Below are positions 27,601 to 40,682 of a stretch of DNA of 64,000 nucleotides, one piece after another (the first letter of the stretch is position 1; each line of letters begins with the position of its first letter). Source of the DNA: Haliotis rufescens (taxonomy: Eukaryota); assembly GCF_023055435.1 (NCBI RefSeq), contig NW_025963890.1, positions 7,378,001-7,442,000 on the forward strand. Reading direction: 5' to 3'. Position numbers and translations under genes: made by a program. Below the pieces are notes generated by a model. The model did not search any database. It worked only from the letters and a program-made list of their open reading frames with translations, and was not told the origin of the DNA.

Positions 27601-28369
27601 GTCTGTAAAATAATCGAGCCTGGACCAGACAATCCAGTGGTTGACATCATGAGCATCGATCCACGCAGTTTGGACATGATGGCATGCATCAACCAAGTCA
27701 GCGAGCCTGACCATCCGATCCCGTTAGTCGCCTCTTACGGCAAGCATGGGTTGCTGAAGACCTATTCTACCCCGGATCTTCACGGGTCTATGGTAGCTGG
27801 AAGACTGGGACTTTCCGTTTCTATGTTGTATTGCTTCAGAGATGTGTTTTCTAGTTATGGTAACTAGATACATAGGATTTGCTTTAAATGATGTACTGCA
27901 TTAGGGGTCGTGGATGAATATTGATGGGCACAGCTGTCAATTGAATTTCAAATGGTTCAGGATACATGCTTCTGGTCGGAAGGTGTGGCATCAGGATAAG
28001 GGGGGGGATAAGGCTTTCTAGTTCCTTTAGTTCCCTCTTTGATGATGTGGTGGCCCACTGGTAAGAGTGAGTGAGTGAGTGAGTATGGTTTTACGCTGCT
28101 TTTAGCAATATTCCAGCAATAGCACGGTGGTCCGTCACTGCTAATGGTGGTCATACCCGATACTGACTTGTGAACTGACAATTGACCCCACGCCACTTTC
28201 AATTTGAGATGACGTTTACAGAAGACGTGTGGAAACTGCCACTCACCAGACTGGAGCGGAAAAGGCACTGTACATGTGAAGTTTCTGATATATTGCTATA
28301 AGCACCAACAAGCCTACCCACTCTATCACTCATACGGGTCACGGATGGCCCAGTCGTCTTCGGCGCCGC

Positions 28370-28727
28370 GACCGCCTCCGTGGTCTTGTGGTAGAGCGTC
28401 CGCCCGGAGAGCGGAAGGTCCAGGGTTCGATCCCGGGCCGCGTCATACAAAAAGACGTTAAAAGATTGTACTTGTTGTTACCCTGTCTGGCGCTCGGCAT
28501 TAAGGGGCTAAAACAAGGACTGGTCGGCTCGGAGTCAGTATACTGTGTCTGAGTGGGGTATTCATGTTAAACTGCGGCATGGTATCTCAGTGAGCTAGCA
28601 CTATAAATCGGCATCAGTCCGGACTAGTACAAGCAGCCACACACACACATACACGTGCATGCACGTCGCTATATAAGTGCAATAATCTTGGACGCGACGT
28701 TAAACCCAATTTCACCTCACCTCACCT
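28370..28727 (+). mobile_element. SINE family D nested inside a family B SINE
   Basis: tRNA head tggtcttgtggtagagc..gggttcgatccc; 13-bp TSD tcttcggcgccgc duplicated from the host SINE. Confidence 0.85.
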
Positions 28728-30163
28728 CTTCGGCGCCGCAATTTGCTGTGCAGAGTTGCGTCCCTTTCGCACGCCAGAAACCTGTGATTGTGGGTTTGAT
28801 TCCCGGTTTTCCCCGATTATGTTTCTAGGTTTGTCTGCACCATACCCGTGCTCGTGGGTTTCACCAAAGTAGTATACTTCTGAGACCACCGCTGAAATGC
28901 CGTGATATGACTGAACTAAAGTAACTCTTGGAAATGAAAAAAAACCTGCTTTGCTGGATTTAATAATCGACACAAAGCATTACGTAGATGTAAATACGAA
29001 ATAACAAAACAACTGGAAAAATACTAGTCTGGATTTGCTAGTTTTATCTCAGTGCTCAATACAAAATGGGGTGGTCGGGTAGCCTAGTGGTTAAAGCGTT
29101 CGCTCGTCACGCCGAAGACCCGGGTTCGATTCCCGACATGGGTACAATGTGTGAAGCCCATTTCTGGTGTCCCCCGCCGTGATATTGCTGGAATATTGCT
29201 AAAAGCGGCGTAAAACCATACTCACTCACTCACTCAATACAAAATGTACTTTACAGGAGTTTATTTGTAGGCACTTTCAACATTCAATAATAAAACTAAG
29301 TCCAAATTGACATGGCAGAAACAGGCTATAGGCATTATGCAAATTAGCCTGGAAAAAAGTTATCAAAACAACAATAAAAATAACAACTATGTTTATGTAC
29401 ATAATAATAATGACATGTAAGTTTGAATGAGAAGGGAATATGTTACTTTTACGTTGATATTTTGACGATGATTCACTATCCCACAATGCCACTCACAAAT
29501 CACTAACCACTGACAAATCACATGCACGTGGGTTTCAAGCACCTGTTTTCACCTGTCGTCAAGGTGTCATAGGTCATGGACATTCATCTTGATCTACTAA
29601 CACCTGGTTATGCTCAGTTTCACAATAGTCTGTTTTGTTCATATTTTTACACACTTTTACGTGTAAAAAGACATAAAAACCTTTGATACGCTGTATTTGT
29701 GCCAAGGTCCAATTAGTACTAATTGAGTTGTTTGAATATTTATATATTTTGTATATTAACTGCATTTATTTAAAATCTGAGATCGAAAAAACAGGGTTTT
29801 TTTAATATTAAAAGCCGTGTTAAACCCAACTCACTCACTCACTCATACTGCAGAGATTAGTGCTGGCACATGGACTGATTTGTCAGGTCTGCAAGCCATT
29901 GTGACATAGCAGTATCTAGTAGTCACTCACTCCAGGCCAAAATTCAGGAAACAGCTGCTGTAAAGGAGACATGCAACGCTATTCTAAAGAATGTTTAATA
30001 AATATTTTACAAACTTCAAAATTTCTGTTTTATATTAAAAGGTAGGATTACAAAAATAAATCTAGATTCATGAAACCGTTAAAAGATAAAATTCCATGGA
30101 CATGCACTTTATATAAACATGTTGTATGTATCGTTTTTAACTTCACATCACTCAGGATAGAGT

Positions 30164-30315
30164 TCACTTAAAGCAGGTTGAAGGTATCTGTATTCCCCTG
30201 TCCTTAAAGAGCTTGCACCATAGGCGGAGTAAGATCAGGCTTGCAACTACTCTGGGACTGGTTCCATTCCAAGGTTGTCGTTTGGAGGAAAGGACCCTTT
30301 TTCCTCTAGCAAATC
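30164..30315 (-). CDS. Secreted peptide precursor 1 (73 aa), exon 2
   Basis: Acceptor ttgacatatccag|GA; FARGKRVLSSKRQPWNGTSPRVVASLILLRLWCKLFKDRGIQIPSTCFK*; homologous to the 38925 and 44999 exons. Confidence 0.85.
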
Positions 30316-32301
30316 CTGGATATGTCAAGAAAAGCATGCTGAAGGAATCATATGAAGAATGACACACTTACACATCAATATACCCAGGTAGAGACACAAT
30401 TAAGGAATGAAGCAATAGGTACATAAAAAATGCTGGCGGTCAGACGGAATAGTTGCTCTTCAATAGTATAAGCTAATAACAATAACAAGCTAACGACGTT
30501 AAAGCTGGTCAGTCGGTCTTATCGCGTCTTTCCCGACCTGATAGAATCAGTAACAAAACACGATACGGTTTCATGGGGATGGGAAGTATCTATGAAAAGT
30601 GAATGTGGGACACCAGGGGTAGAGGTTTATGAAGACTTGCACAAGAGTGAGTGAGTGAGTATGATTTTACGCCGCTTTTAGCAATATTCCAGCAATATCA
30701 CGGCGGGGGACACCAGGAATGGGCTTCACACATTGTACCCATGTCGGGAATCGAACCCGGGTCTTCGGCGTGACGAGCGAACGCTTTAACCACTAGGCTA
30801 CCCGACCGCCCCACTTGCACAAGAAGCAGGTTATAATGACGTTTGTGAAGATAGTTCGGCGACTCTCGGGTTATTATCCATTTTTAAAGGCTTACGTCGG
30901 TGGAGGTAACAACTTTCGCTTTAGTTTATTATTTTGTAAAGACATGAATTAAATTTCTATTTAATTTAAGGAAGTCAGTTACAACTAGAAGGAGAAAAGG
31001 GGGAGGAAAGAGAAAATTTGCCTTCTGGTAACATCGTGTAATAAACTTATGTTAGGGTTGTTATCAAGAATGACCAGACATCTTAATACTGCTGGGGGCG
31101 GTGGATTAACTAAGTAGTTAAAGCATTCGCTCGTCACGCCGTAGACCCAGGTTTAATCCCCGTGAATATTTCTGGTATCCCCCGCAGTGATATTGCTGGA
31201 CTGTCTCTAAAAGCGGCGTAAACCTCAGTCACTCACTCACTCACTTCAAAGTCCTGTCTTAAACCAAAGAACGAGTGATGAATGTGCTGTGCCCTCATCT
31301 GGTACTATCTCGGGGTTTGATTAACACTGGCTTTATAGTACACGTTTCCTTCTTTCAATCTTAAGGTGTACCGGGGAGAGTTGCATCCCTTACTCGTGCA
31401 AGGATCTGCTAATCGTATGTTCATCCCGGATTCGCCCGGATCAACATCTGCATTCTCGCAATTTTCACTACCTTGTAGTGGTGCACTACCTTCGACACTT
31501 CTGGTTTTTCTTCTCTCAGTACTGTGACACGCTATATACTGTCAACTGAAATACTATCAACGCCGCGTCAAACCCAACTAATTAGAAACTGAGGGCAGTG
31601 GGGTAGCCTAGAGATTAAAACGTTCGTTCGTCACGCCGAAAGCCCGGGTTCGATTCCCTACATGTGTACAATGTGTGAAGTCCATTTCTGGAGTCCCGCG
31701 CCGTGATGTCGCTGGAATATTGCTAAAAGCGGTGTAAAACCATACCTAACCACGTTAGAAGCTAAGCCACGACACAAACGGATGTAATGGGTGTCGCAAT
31801 GAAACCTGTTATGTCAGGTCCGAAAACCCCGCCTTCCGGATGCTTAGAGTTGAACGAATTATCATTACACGAGTCGTTGTTGGAGTAATTCTGAAAGATT
31901 ACCCTTCCCAAAAGTGCGCATTGACTTATATTTGATACTTCCAAAATATTTGTCCCATATTTCATGCCCCTTTTCAAGGCGCCCGAAGACGCCATTTGAC
32001 TAAGATAGTTTGCTGTCGAACTGGAGATGATGAGATAGTCAATTGGTTAAAGCGTTGGCACGAAACACGGGAGGTACAAGTTAAATGTCTGCAACGGTGT
32101 CCCTACCAATGTCTCTAATAGCATTAGAAGCTCACTCACCCACTTGACCATGGTGCTCTAACGGAGATATCCGGAGTTAATTGTTAACTATCTGCAATGT
32201 TGCTCCATGTTATCAACGATGAAATATTCGTCGGATTCCTTGACATACATACACAAACAAACGTAGGAATTTGATTAGAATTGACTTATAATAAGACTTA
32301 C

Positions 32302-32371
32302 CCGAAACACAGCAGGAATGAACTGTCATTAACAGGAACACGAGGGTCAAAGCGTACTTGACTGAGGCCAT
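32302..32371 (-). CDS. Secreted peptide precursor 1, exon 1 (signal peptide)
   Basis: MASVKYALTLVFLLMTVHSCCVS+G|gtaagt; 70 nt, phase 1. Confidence 0.85.
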
Positions 32372-32813
32372 CTTCTTCCGCTCTGATGAAGCAATAACCT
32401 TCACTTGATTTTGAGTTGGTGCGGGCACTGATATAAGAAACAGCAATACAAGTATTAGTGCATGAATTTTATGTGGCTAACGGCGGTGGATGGTTAATGT
32501 AGCCCACACAACATCCGTAGTGTCGGGGTGGGGATGGAAGTTAACCCCTGAGGGGGGGTGGTGTGTCACATCCAAAATTAGCTCTGGTGACGTCAAAACC
32601 TTTTTTTCTCTCCCATGCTTTATTGCGTTCAATAAAGCGTATCTGTCACACCCGTTATATCATCATCCGGATATCGCCCAGTACAACATTACATATATCT
32701 TTATATGTGTTTCACTGCTGTCGAAAATGTCGTGGTCTTATGTGGATGTACAGGGACTTCCATTTGTTCCCGATGGGGTGACGCTGGTGACGCATCTGGA
32801 TTGATGCCATAGT

Positions 32814-35774
32814 AGACACTCGTCCACAAGAATTTGCTAGCAGGGTAGAACCGATCAGACACTCAATCACAAGAGTTGGTTAGCAGGGTCCAGCCAATCA
32901 GACGCTCACCCACCAGAGTTGTTAGCAGGGTCCAGCCGATCAGACACTCGCCCACAAGAGTTGTTAGCAGGGTCCAGCCGATCAGACACTCGCCCACAAG
33001 AGTTGTTAGCAGGGTCCAGCCGATCAGACGCTCGCCCACTAGAGTTGTTAGCAGGGTCCAGCCGATCAGACACTCGCCCACAAGAGTTGTTAGCAGGGTC
33101 CAGCCGATCAGACACTCGCCCACAAGAGTTGTTAGCAGGGTCCAGCCGATCAGACACTCGCCCACAAGAGTTGTTAGCAGGGTCCAGCCGATCAGACACT
33201 CGCCCACAAGAGTTGTTAGCAGGGTCCAGCCGATCAGACACTCGCCCACAAGAGTTGTTAGCAGGGTCCAGCCGATCAGACGCTCGCCCACAAGAGTTGT
33301 TAGCAGGGTCCAGCCGATCAGACGCTCACCCACCAGAGTTGTTAGCAGGGTCCAGCCGATCAGACACTCGCCCACAAGAGTTGTTAGCAGGGTCCAGCCG
33401 ATCAGACACTCGCCCACAAGAGTTGTTAGCAGGGTCCAGCCGATCAGACGCTCGCCCACTAGAGTTGTTAGCAGGGTCCAGCCGATCAGACGCTCGCCCA
33501 CTAGAGTTGTTAGCAGGGTCCAGCCGATCAGACACTCGCCCACAAGAGTTGTTAGCAGGGTCCAGCCGATCAGACACTCGCCCACAAGAGTTGTTAGCAG
33601 GGTCCAGCCGATCAGACGCTCGCCCACTAGAGTTGTTAGCAGGGTCCAGCCGATCAGACACTCGCCCACAAGAGTTGTTAGCAGGGTCCAGCCGATCAGA
33701 CACTCGCCCACAAGAGTTGTTAGCAGGCTCCAGCCGATCAGACACTCGCCCACAAGAGTTGTTAGCAGGGTCCAGCCGATCAGACGCTCGCCCACAAGAG
33801 TTGTTAGCAGGGTCCAGCCGATCAGACGCTCACCCACCAGAGTTGTTAGCAGGGTCCAGCCGATCAGACGCTCGCCCACTAGAGTTGTTAGCAGGGTCCA
33901 GCCGATCAGACACTCGCCCACAAGAGTTGTTAGCAGGGTCCAGCCGATCAGACGCTCGCCCACTAGAGTTGGTTAGCAGGGTCCAGCCGATCAGACGCTC
34001 GCCCACTAGAGTTGTTAGCAGGGTCCAGCCGATCAGACGCTCGCCCACAAGAGTTGTTAGCAGGGTCCAGCCGATCAGACGCTCGCCCACAAGAGTTGTT
34101 AGCAGGGTCCAGCCAATCAGACGCTCGCCCACTAGAGTTGTTAGCAGGGTCCAGCCGATCAGACACTCGCCCACAAGAGTTGTTAGCAGGGTCCAGCCGA
34201 TCAGACACTCGCCCAGAAGAGTTGTTAGCAGGGTCCAGCCGATCAGACACTCGCCCACAAGAGTTGTTAGCAGGGTCCAGCCGATCAGACACTCGCCCAC
34301 AAGAGTTGTTAGCAGGGTCCAGCCGATCAGACGCTCGCCCACAAGAGTTGTTAGCAGGGTCCAGCCGATCAGACACTCGCCCACAAGAGTTGTTAGCAGG
34401 GTCCAGCCGATCAGACACTCGCCCACAAGAGTTGTTAGCAGGGTCCAGCCAATCAGACACTCGCCCACAAGAGTTGTTAGCAGGGTCCAGCCGATCAGAC
34501 ACTCGCCCACAAGAGTTGTTAGCAGGGTCCAGCCGATCAGACACTCGCCCACAAGAGTTGTTAGCAGGGTCCAGCCGATCAGACACTCGCCCACAACAGT
34601 TGGTTAGAAGGGTCCAGCCGATCAGACGCTCGCCCACAAGAGTTGTTAGCAGGGTCCAGCCGATCAGACGCTCGCCCACTAGAGTTGGTTAGCAGGGTCC
34701 AGCCGATCAGACGCTCGCCCACAAGAGTTGTTAGCAGGGTCCAGCCGATCAGACGCTCGCCAACTAGAGTTTTTAGCAGGGTCCAGCCAATCAGACGCTC
34801 GCCCACTAGAGTTGTTAGCAGGGTCCAGCCAATCAGACGCTCGCCCACAAGAGTTGGTTAGCAGGGTAGAACCGATCAGACACTCGTCACAACAGTTGGT
34901 TAGCAGGGTCCAGCCGATCAGACGCTCGCCCACAAGTGTTGGTTAGCAGGGTAGAACCGATCAGACACTCGTCACAACAGTTGGTTAGCAGGGTCCAGCC
35001 AATCAGACGCTCGCCCACAAGAGTTGGTTAGCAGGGTAGAACCGATCAGACACTCGTCACAACAGTTGGTTAGCAGGGTCCAGCCGATCAGACGCTCGCC
35101 CACAAGTGTTGGTTAGCAGGGTATAGCCAATCAGACACTCGCCCACCAGAGTTGGTTAGCAGGGTCCAGCCAATCAGACGCTCGCCCACTAGAGTTGGTT
35201 AGCAGGGTATAGCCAATCAGACGCTCGCCCACAAGAGTTGGTTAGCAGGGTAGAACCGATCAGACACTCGTCACAACAGTTGGTTAGCAGGGTATAGCCA
35301 ATCAGACGCTCGCCCACAAGAGTTGGTTAGCAGGGTAGAACCGATCAGACACTCGTCACAACAGTTGGTTAGCAGGGTATAGCCAATCAGACACTCGCCC
35401 ACCAGAGTTGGTTAGCAGGGTAGAGCCAATCAGACGCTCGCCCACTAGAGTTGGTTAGCAGGGTAGAGCCAATCAGACGCTCGCCCACTAGAGTTGGTTA
35501 GCAGGGTATAGCCAATCAGACGCTCGCCCACTAGAGTTGGTTAGCAGGGTCCAGCCGATCAGACGCTCGCCCACTAGAGTTGGTTAGCAGGGTCCAGCCG
35601 ATCAGACGCTCGCCCACTAGAGTTGGTTAGCAGGGTAGAGCCGATCAGACGCTCGCCAACTAGAGTTTTTAGCAGGGTAGAGCCAATCAGACGCTCGCCC
35701 ACAAGAGTTGGTTAGCAGGGTAGAACCGATCAGACGCTCGCCCACAAGAGTTGGTTAGCAGGGTGGAACCGATC
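32814..35774. repeat. 42/43-bp minisatellite, about 70 units
   Basis: Unit ttagcagggtccagccgatcagacactcgcccacaagagttg with point variants; 43-bp variants dominate the right third. Confidence 0.97.
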
Positions 35775-38700
35775 CTCAGGCGTTAGTGGGTGTCCGGGGT
35801 CACTGTGCTTGTAAGATGGGAATAGTTACACACTGTGTGCCTGCGTGTGCCCACTGATGAACGTCCGGTGACATCTGTAAATGCTGATATGTATATAGCC
35901 ATGAACACTCAATTTCAGTTGAATTTTCTTGCCAGTGAAGATCTGAAGGTTCTTGACAATTGTATTGTATCTGTGTGTATTTCCCCAAAACATGTACATG
36001 TCCTGCCATTGTTTATTGTTGGTCAAGGTTGAATCTACGCCTTTGATGATCGATCCTGACTTTCAAGACAAGATCGAAAAGATCTTTGATCTCACAAAAC
36101 TTGTCTCCTGCTAATTTCAATAATAGTTGAAGCTTTACATTGTTATGTGAAGCCCATTTCTGGTGTCTCCCGCCGTGATATTGCTGGAATATTGCTAAAA
36201 GCGGCGTAAAACCATACTCACTCACTCACTCACTCACTTTACATCGTTAGAAACGGCAGCATCTGCAGTGTTGTGCACGACAGGGTCAGTGCTTTCATGT
36301 GTATTTGTGAAATTTTGCGGTGAACAACGTGAGAGAGTGGGTATGGGTTTACGCAACAATATTTTAGCAATATTCCATCAATTTCACACGGCAGGGGAAT
36401 CGAACCCGGCTCATGACGGGCGACACTTTTTTTTTACCAGGTTACCCACCCGCCCAAACGGACATGATTAAGATATTTTGAAAGTTCATTTCCACGATTT
36501 GATCATAGCAATAGCGGCAAATTAGAGGCTTTCGATTAATTATATATTATACACCTTCACAATGCCTTGAGATAGACATGTACCAGTATTCGTGACGTTT
36601 CTTATGTGAGTGAGTGAGTTTGGCTTTACGCCGCTTTTAGCAATATTCCCGCAATATCACGGCGGGGGACACCAGAAATGGGCTTCTCACATTGAACTCA
36701 TGTCGGCAATCGAACCCGGGTCTTCGGCATGACGAGCGAACGTTTTAACCACTAGGCTACCCGACCGCCTCCTTTTTTCTTATGTGAGTGAGTGAGTATG
36801 GTTTTACGCCGCTTTTAGCAATATTCCCGCAATATCACGGCGGGGACACCAGAAATGGGCTTCTCACATTGTACTCATGTCGGCAATCGAACCCGGGTCT
36901 TCGGCGTGACGAGCGAACGTTTTAACCACTAGGCTACCCGACCGCCTCCTTTTTTCTTATGTAATAGATTAAATACAATAATGCAGTATCCCGATTGAGC
37001 AATTTCTTGAAACCTGTTCATGGATTAAACACTCGGTGTAAGTGTTAATCCAATTATTAAGTATCTGCCTCATCTGTGATCTAATTAATGTGTTTACTCA
37101 AGAGTGAGTGAGTTGTGAGTGACAGTATTCCAGTTATATGACGACGTATCAGCTTAATGTGGGAGGGAAGCCCGAAGTGATGTAGGTATCCTACGCATTC
37201 CACTTCGGTGAAACTAACTAGCACGGGTATGATGCTGACAAACCTAGAAACATTATCTGGGCAAACCGAGATTCGAACACACAATCATAGGTTTCTGGCG
37301 TACCAAAAGGACTCAACTCTGCACAGCGAATTGCGGCGCCTTAGACGAAAAGGTGTACGCGAAAAGGTTAGCGTATCCTGCTCCACCGATGGCACCCTTC
37401 ACAGACAAATGCAAACGCAAGTCAATTGTTCACCTGAAAAAACACGGGGACATATGGTACAAGTAAAAAAGGGAATTGCATCGGACATACCGGACAGTTT
37501 TATCTATAAGTCTTTTGTGGGCATATATGACAAAATATGATCACATTAAAAAAAGACATTACAACATGTTTTGAAGATATATCTTATTTATAATTGAATT
37601 TTGTGTTTTTACAACATCTTGGTACAACATCTTCACCTCCTAAATGGACCCATGAAGATCCAGGGTAGAATAGGTCTTCATCAACCCATGCTTGCCGAAA
37701 ATGGCGACTGTGCTTGTCGTAAGAGGCGACTAGCGGAATCGGGTGGTCAGGCTCGCTGACTTGGTTGATGTATGTCATGGTATCCCAATTGCGTATATCG
37801 ATGTTCCTGATGTCAATCACTGGATTGTCTGGTCCAGACTCGATTATTTACAGACCGCCATCATATAGCTGGAATATTGCTGAGTGAGGAATTAAACAAC
37901 AAACAAAAACAAAACAAAAACCTCCTAAATGTCACCCCTCAAATAAAGGTGAGCTTCCGTACCTGCGTTACTCAGGCTTCTTTCGTGCACTTGCAAGTTT
38001 TGAACATGAACAATACATTACTAGCGCTACAATTAGAGGACATCCATTTGATTTCTGAATCGTTTGTGTTTAAAGTGAAAGTGCATAGATTGTTTGATGG
38101 TGCTCAATGCATAAACAGTTTGTTGGGGGAAGGGGGAGGGGGATTGTTGTCAAACAAATTAAATAAATGCTCCTTCAGTGAAAATGACTGATTACTCAAA
38201 CTTTCAGCGAAACTTTGACTATGACTAAGTACCTGACACATATGTATTTTAATGTTGTTTGTATGTTTGTCTTCACCTACATCTACATTATAAGTAAGAC
38301 ATTTGGGCCAAGGACTGGTGTTCAAATATTAGAGAAACGCTTCGTTAGCTCTTAGATCAGTCTTTCTCGCACATTTTAGCCTTACCTATACATTTAGAAT
38401 TGCTACTAGTCCATAACGTGCAAGTGTTCAAATTCTCAAAAGATGCACTTTCATGACGATTTCTAAATGTTTTCTTCATTTCTTAAATTATTTAGATCAC
38501 TTTGGCCAAAAAGGCTCCCATAATACCCTGGCCTTAATGTTTTACACGTGAGGGTAGGATTACAAATACACATTGAACTGGATGACAGGAATACGATTGG
38601 TTGGTTGGTTTGTTTGTTGTTTAACGCCGCACTCAGCAATATTCCAGCTATATGACGGCGGTCTGTAAATAATCGAGTCTGGACCAGACAAGCCAGTGAT

Positions 38701-38924
38701 TAATATCGTGTGCATCGATCCATGCAATTGGGATCAATGACATGCATCAAGCCTGACCACCCCATCCCGTTAGTCGCCTTTTACGACAAGCATGGGTTGC
38801 TGAAGATCTATTCTACCCCGGAATCTTCACGGGTAGACAGGAATAAGAGAACAATACATGAAACATCCACTTTATATAACCATTACATGTATGTTTATGA
38901 TCTTCACATCTTATAGGGGAGGGT

Positions 38925-39352
38925 TCAGTCCGTGAAGCAGCCTGAAGATATCTGTATTCCCCTGTCCTTAAAGTACTGGCACCATAGTCGGAGAAGGATT
39001 AGGCTGCCTGCAAAACCGCTAGCTTGACCAGACCAAGGATTCAATGGTTCAGAAGAGTTCGCCATCATTCTTTTTGACCAAGGATTCAATCGTTCAGAAG
39101 AGTTCACCAGCATTCTTTTTGACCAAGGATTCAATCGTTCAGAAGTGTTCACCAGCATTCTTTTTGACCAAGGATTCAATCGTTCAGAAGTGTTCACCAG
39201 CATTCTTTTTGACCAAGGATTCAATCGTTCAGAAGAGTTCACCATCCATCTTTTGGACCAAGGATTCAATCGTTCAGAAGAGTTCACCATCATTCTTTTG
39301 GACCAAGGATTCAATCGTTCAGAAGAGTTCACCATCCATCTTTTTGAAAATC
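38925..39352 (-). CDS. Secreted peptide precursor 2 (165 aa), exon 2 with 7 x 45-bp coding repeat
   Basis: Acceptor ttgacttttccag|GA; FSKR-(xxVNxSERLNPWSKR)6-MMANSSEPLNPWSGQASGFAGSLILLRLWCQYFKDRGIQISSGCFTD*. Confidence 0.85.
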
Positions 39353-40478
39353 CTGGAAAAGTCAAGAAAACCATCGTCAATGAATCATGTGAATACTGAC
39401 CACACTGATACATTACATATACCCAGGTAGAGGTTTTTTGTTTGTTTTTGGTTTGTTCTTTAACGCCGCACTTAGCAATATTCCAGCTATATGACGGCGG
39501 TCTGTAAATAATCGAGTGTGGACCAGACAATCCAGGGATTGATATCATGAGCATCGATCCACGCAATTGGGATCGATGACATGCATCAACCAAGTCAGCG
39601 AGCCTGACCACCTGATGCCGTTAGTCGCATTTTACGACAAGCATGGGTTGCTGAAGACCTATTCTACCCCGGAATCTTCACGGGTCCCAGGTAGAGGATT
39701 CTGGGAATGAAGCAGTAGGTGCTTAATCTCAATAAAATCAGATCTTTTACTCTGATACGATAACTCCCTGCTTGAAGATATAGGACACGTCAGGCAAACC
39801 CTGAGTGAACCTGGACGCCCAGTCTAAATGAATGATACGTCGGTTCTTTAACCACTCAGTTTCCTAACATGAATCGCTTCATTGGTTTGCAACTTCGGCT
39901 AGGACGTAATAAATATACAGACCACAAATATCTTGGCGCTCAGGAACAACAATTATCTTAACTATCTGCATCGGATCTAGTCGGTTTGGTTCGTTTCCTT
40001 TGACCAATGAAAGCCTGTGTGGGCGTGTCATGAAGAGGCATTTAGCCTTGAGTTCTTAATCATTAAGTGTCTATTTTGTCAGGAAAATCCGACCGTCTGA
40101 TTGGTTAAAAATGTAGGTTGAGTTCTAAATACAGAAATCAGATATGCCGTTCTGACTGCTTCGCTCACTCGTTCGCAGAACTGGGAAGCCTCGAGGCTGA
40201 TTTTGAAAATTCACCTGCCTCGACCTCCGATAGATGTGTCGTCAGAGTTTCACGTACCATGGCATTGTATAGGAGTAGAATATCTCATTTATATCAGATT
40301 GAAAAGGCACTGTGCATGACATAACTACATCTGCAGCCGGTCCGCCAGACCAATAGCTCGATAGTAATATCCAGTGTCTTGGATAACTAGCCAACAATGT
40401 AACAGACCATTTGCAACAATGTAACAAACCATTTGCAACAATGTCAAGTTCAAGCAGGCAATCATCATAGATATGAAT

Positions 40479-40682
40479 TACCGTATTCGACGTAATAAGG
40501 GCCCAGAGCGCTCTCAAAATTAGAAATAGGGGGCTCTATTAGAATATTATTTTGTTGAATAAAACATGTGACATGTATATGTACGACGGGGTGCTAATTG
40601 GGAGTGTTCACGAGCCAATATATTAGCAAATATCGCCGTGGGCGCTTATTAGAGCGGGGCGCTTATTACGTCGAATACGGTA
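40479..40682. mobile_element. TA-flanked MITE (Tc1/mariner type)
   Basis: TIRs taccgtattcgacgtaataag / cttattacgtcgaatacggta. Confidence 0.8.

Noticed and set aside
29068-29140. tRNA gene-like sequences (also at 13519, 28374, 46668 and elsewhere)
   Set aside because: They are heads of multi-copy SINEs with bodies, tails and TSDs, not tRNA genes
32863-34946. Long ORFs (up to 562 aa) in several frames on both strands; superficial CRISPR-like periodicity
   Set aside because: Artefact of a stop-poor 42-bp minisatellite. Frames break at 43-bp units, and there are no unique spacers or cas genes in this eukaryotic DNA
39044-39430. Plus-strand repeat ORFs (TKDSIVQKSS.. and DQGFNRSEE..)
   Set aside because: Antisense shadows of the minus-strand coding repeat; only the minus frame connects to a signal exon and to the conserved C-terminus
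39353-39611. N-terminal part of the 228-aa ORF, and bradykinin/opioid-like YPGF or FPGFS strings
   Set aside because: This stretch is intron plus a SINE. The PGF string spans the splice acceptor (ccag|ga ttt) in the paralogs and is not in the spliced protein
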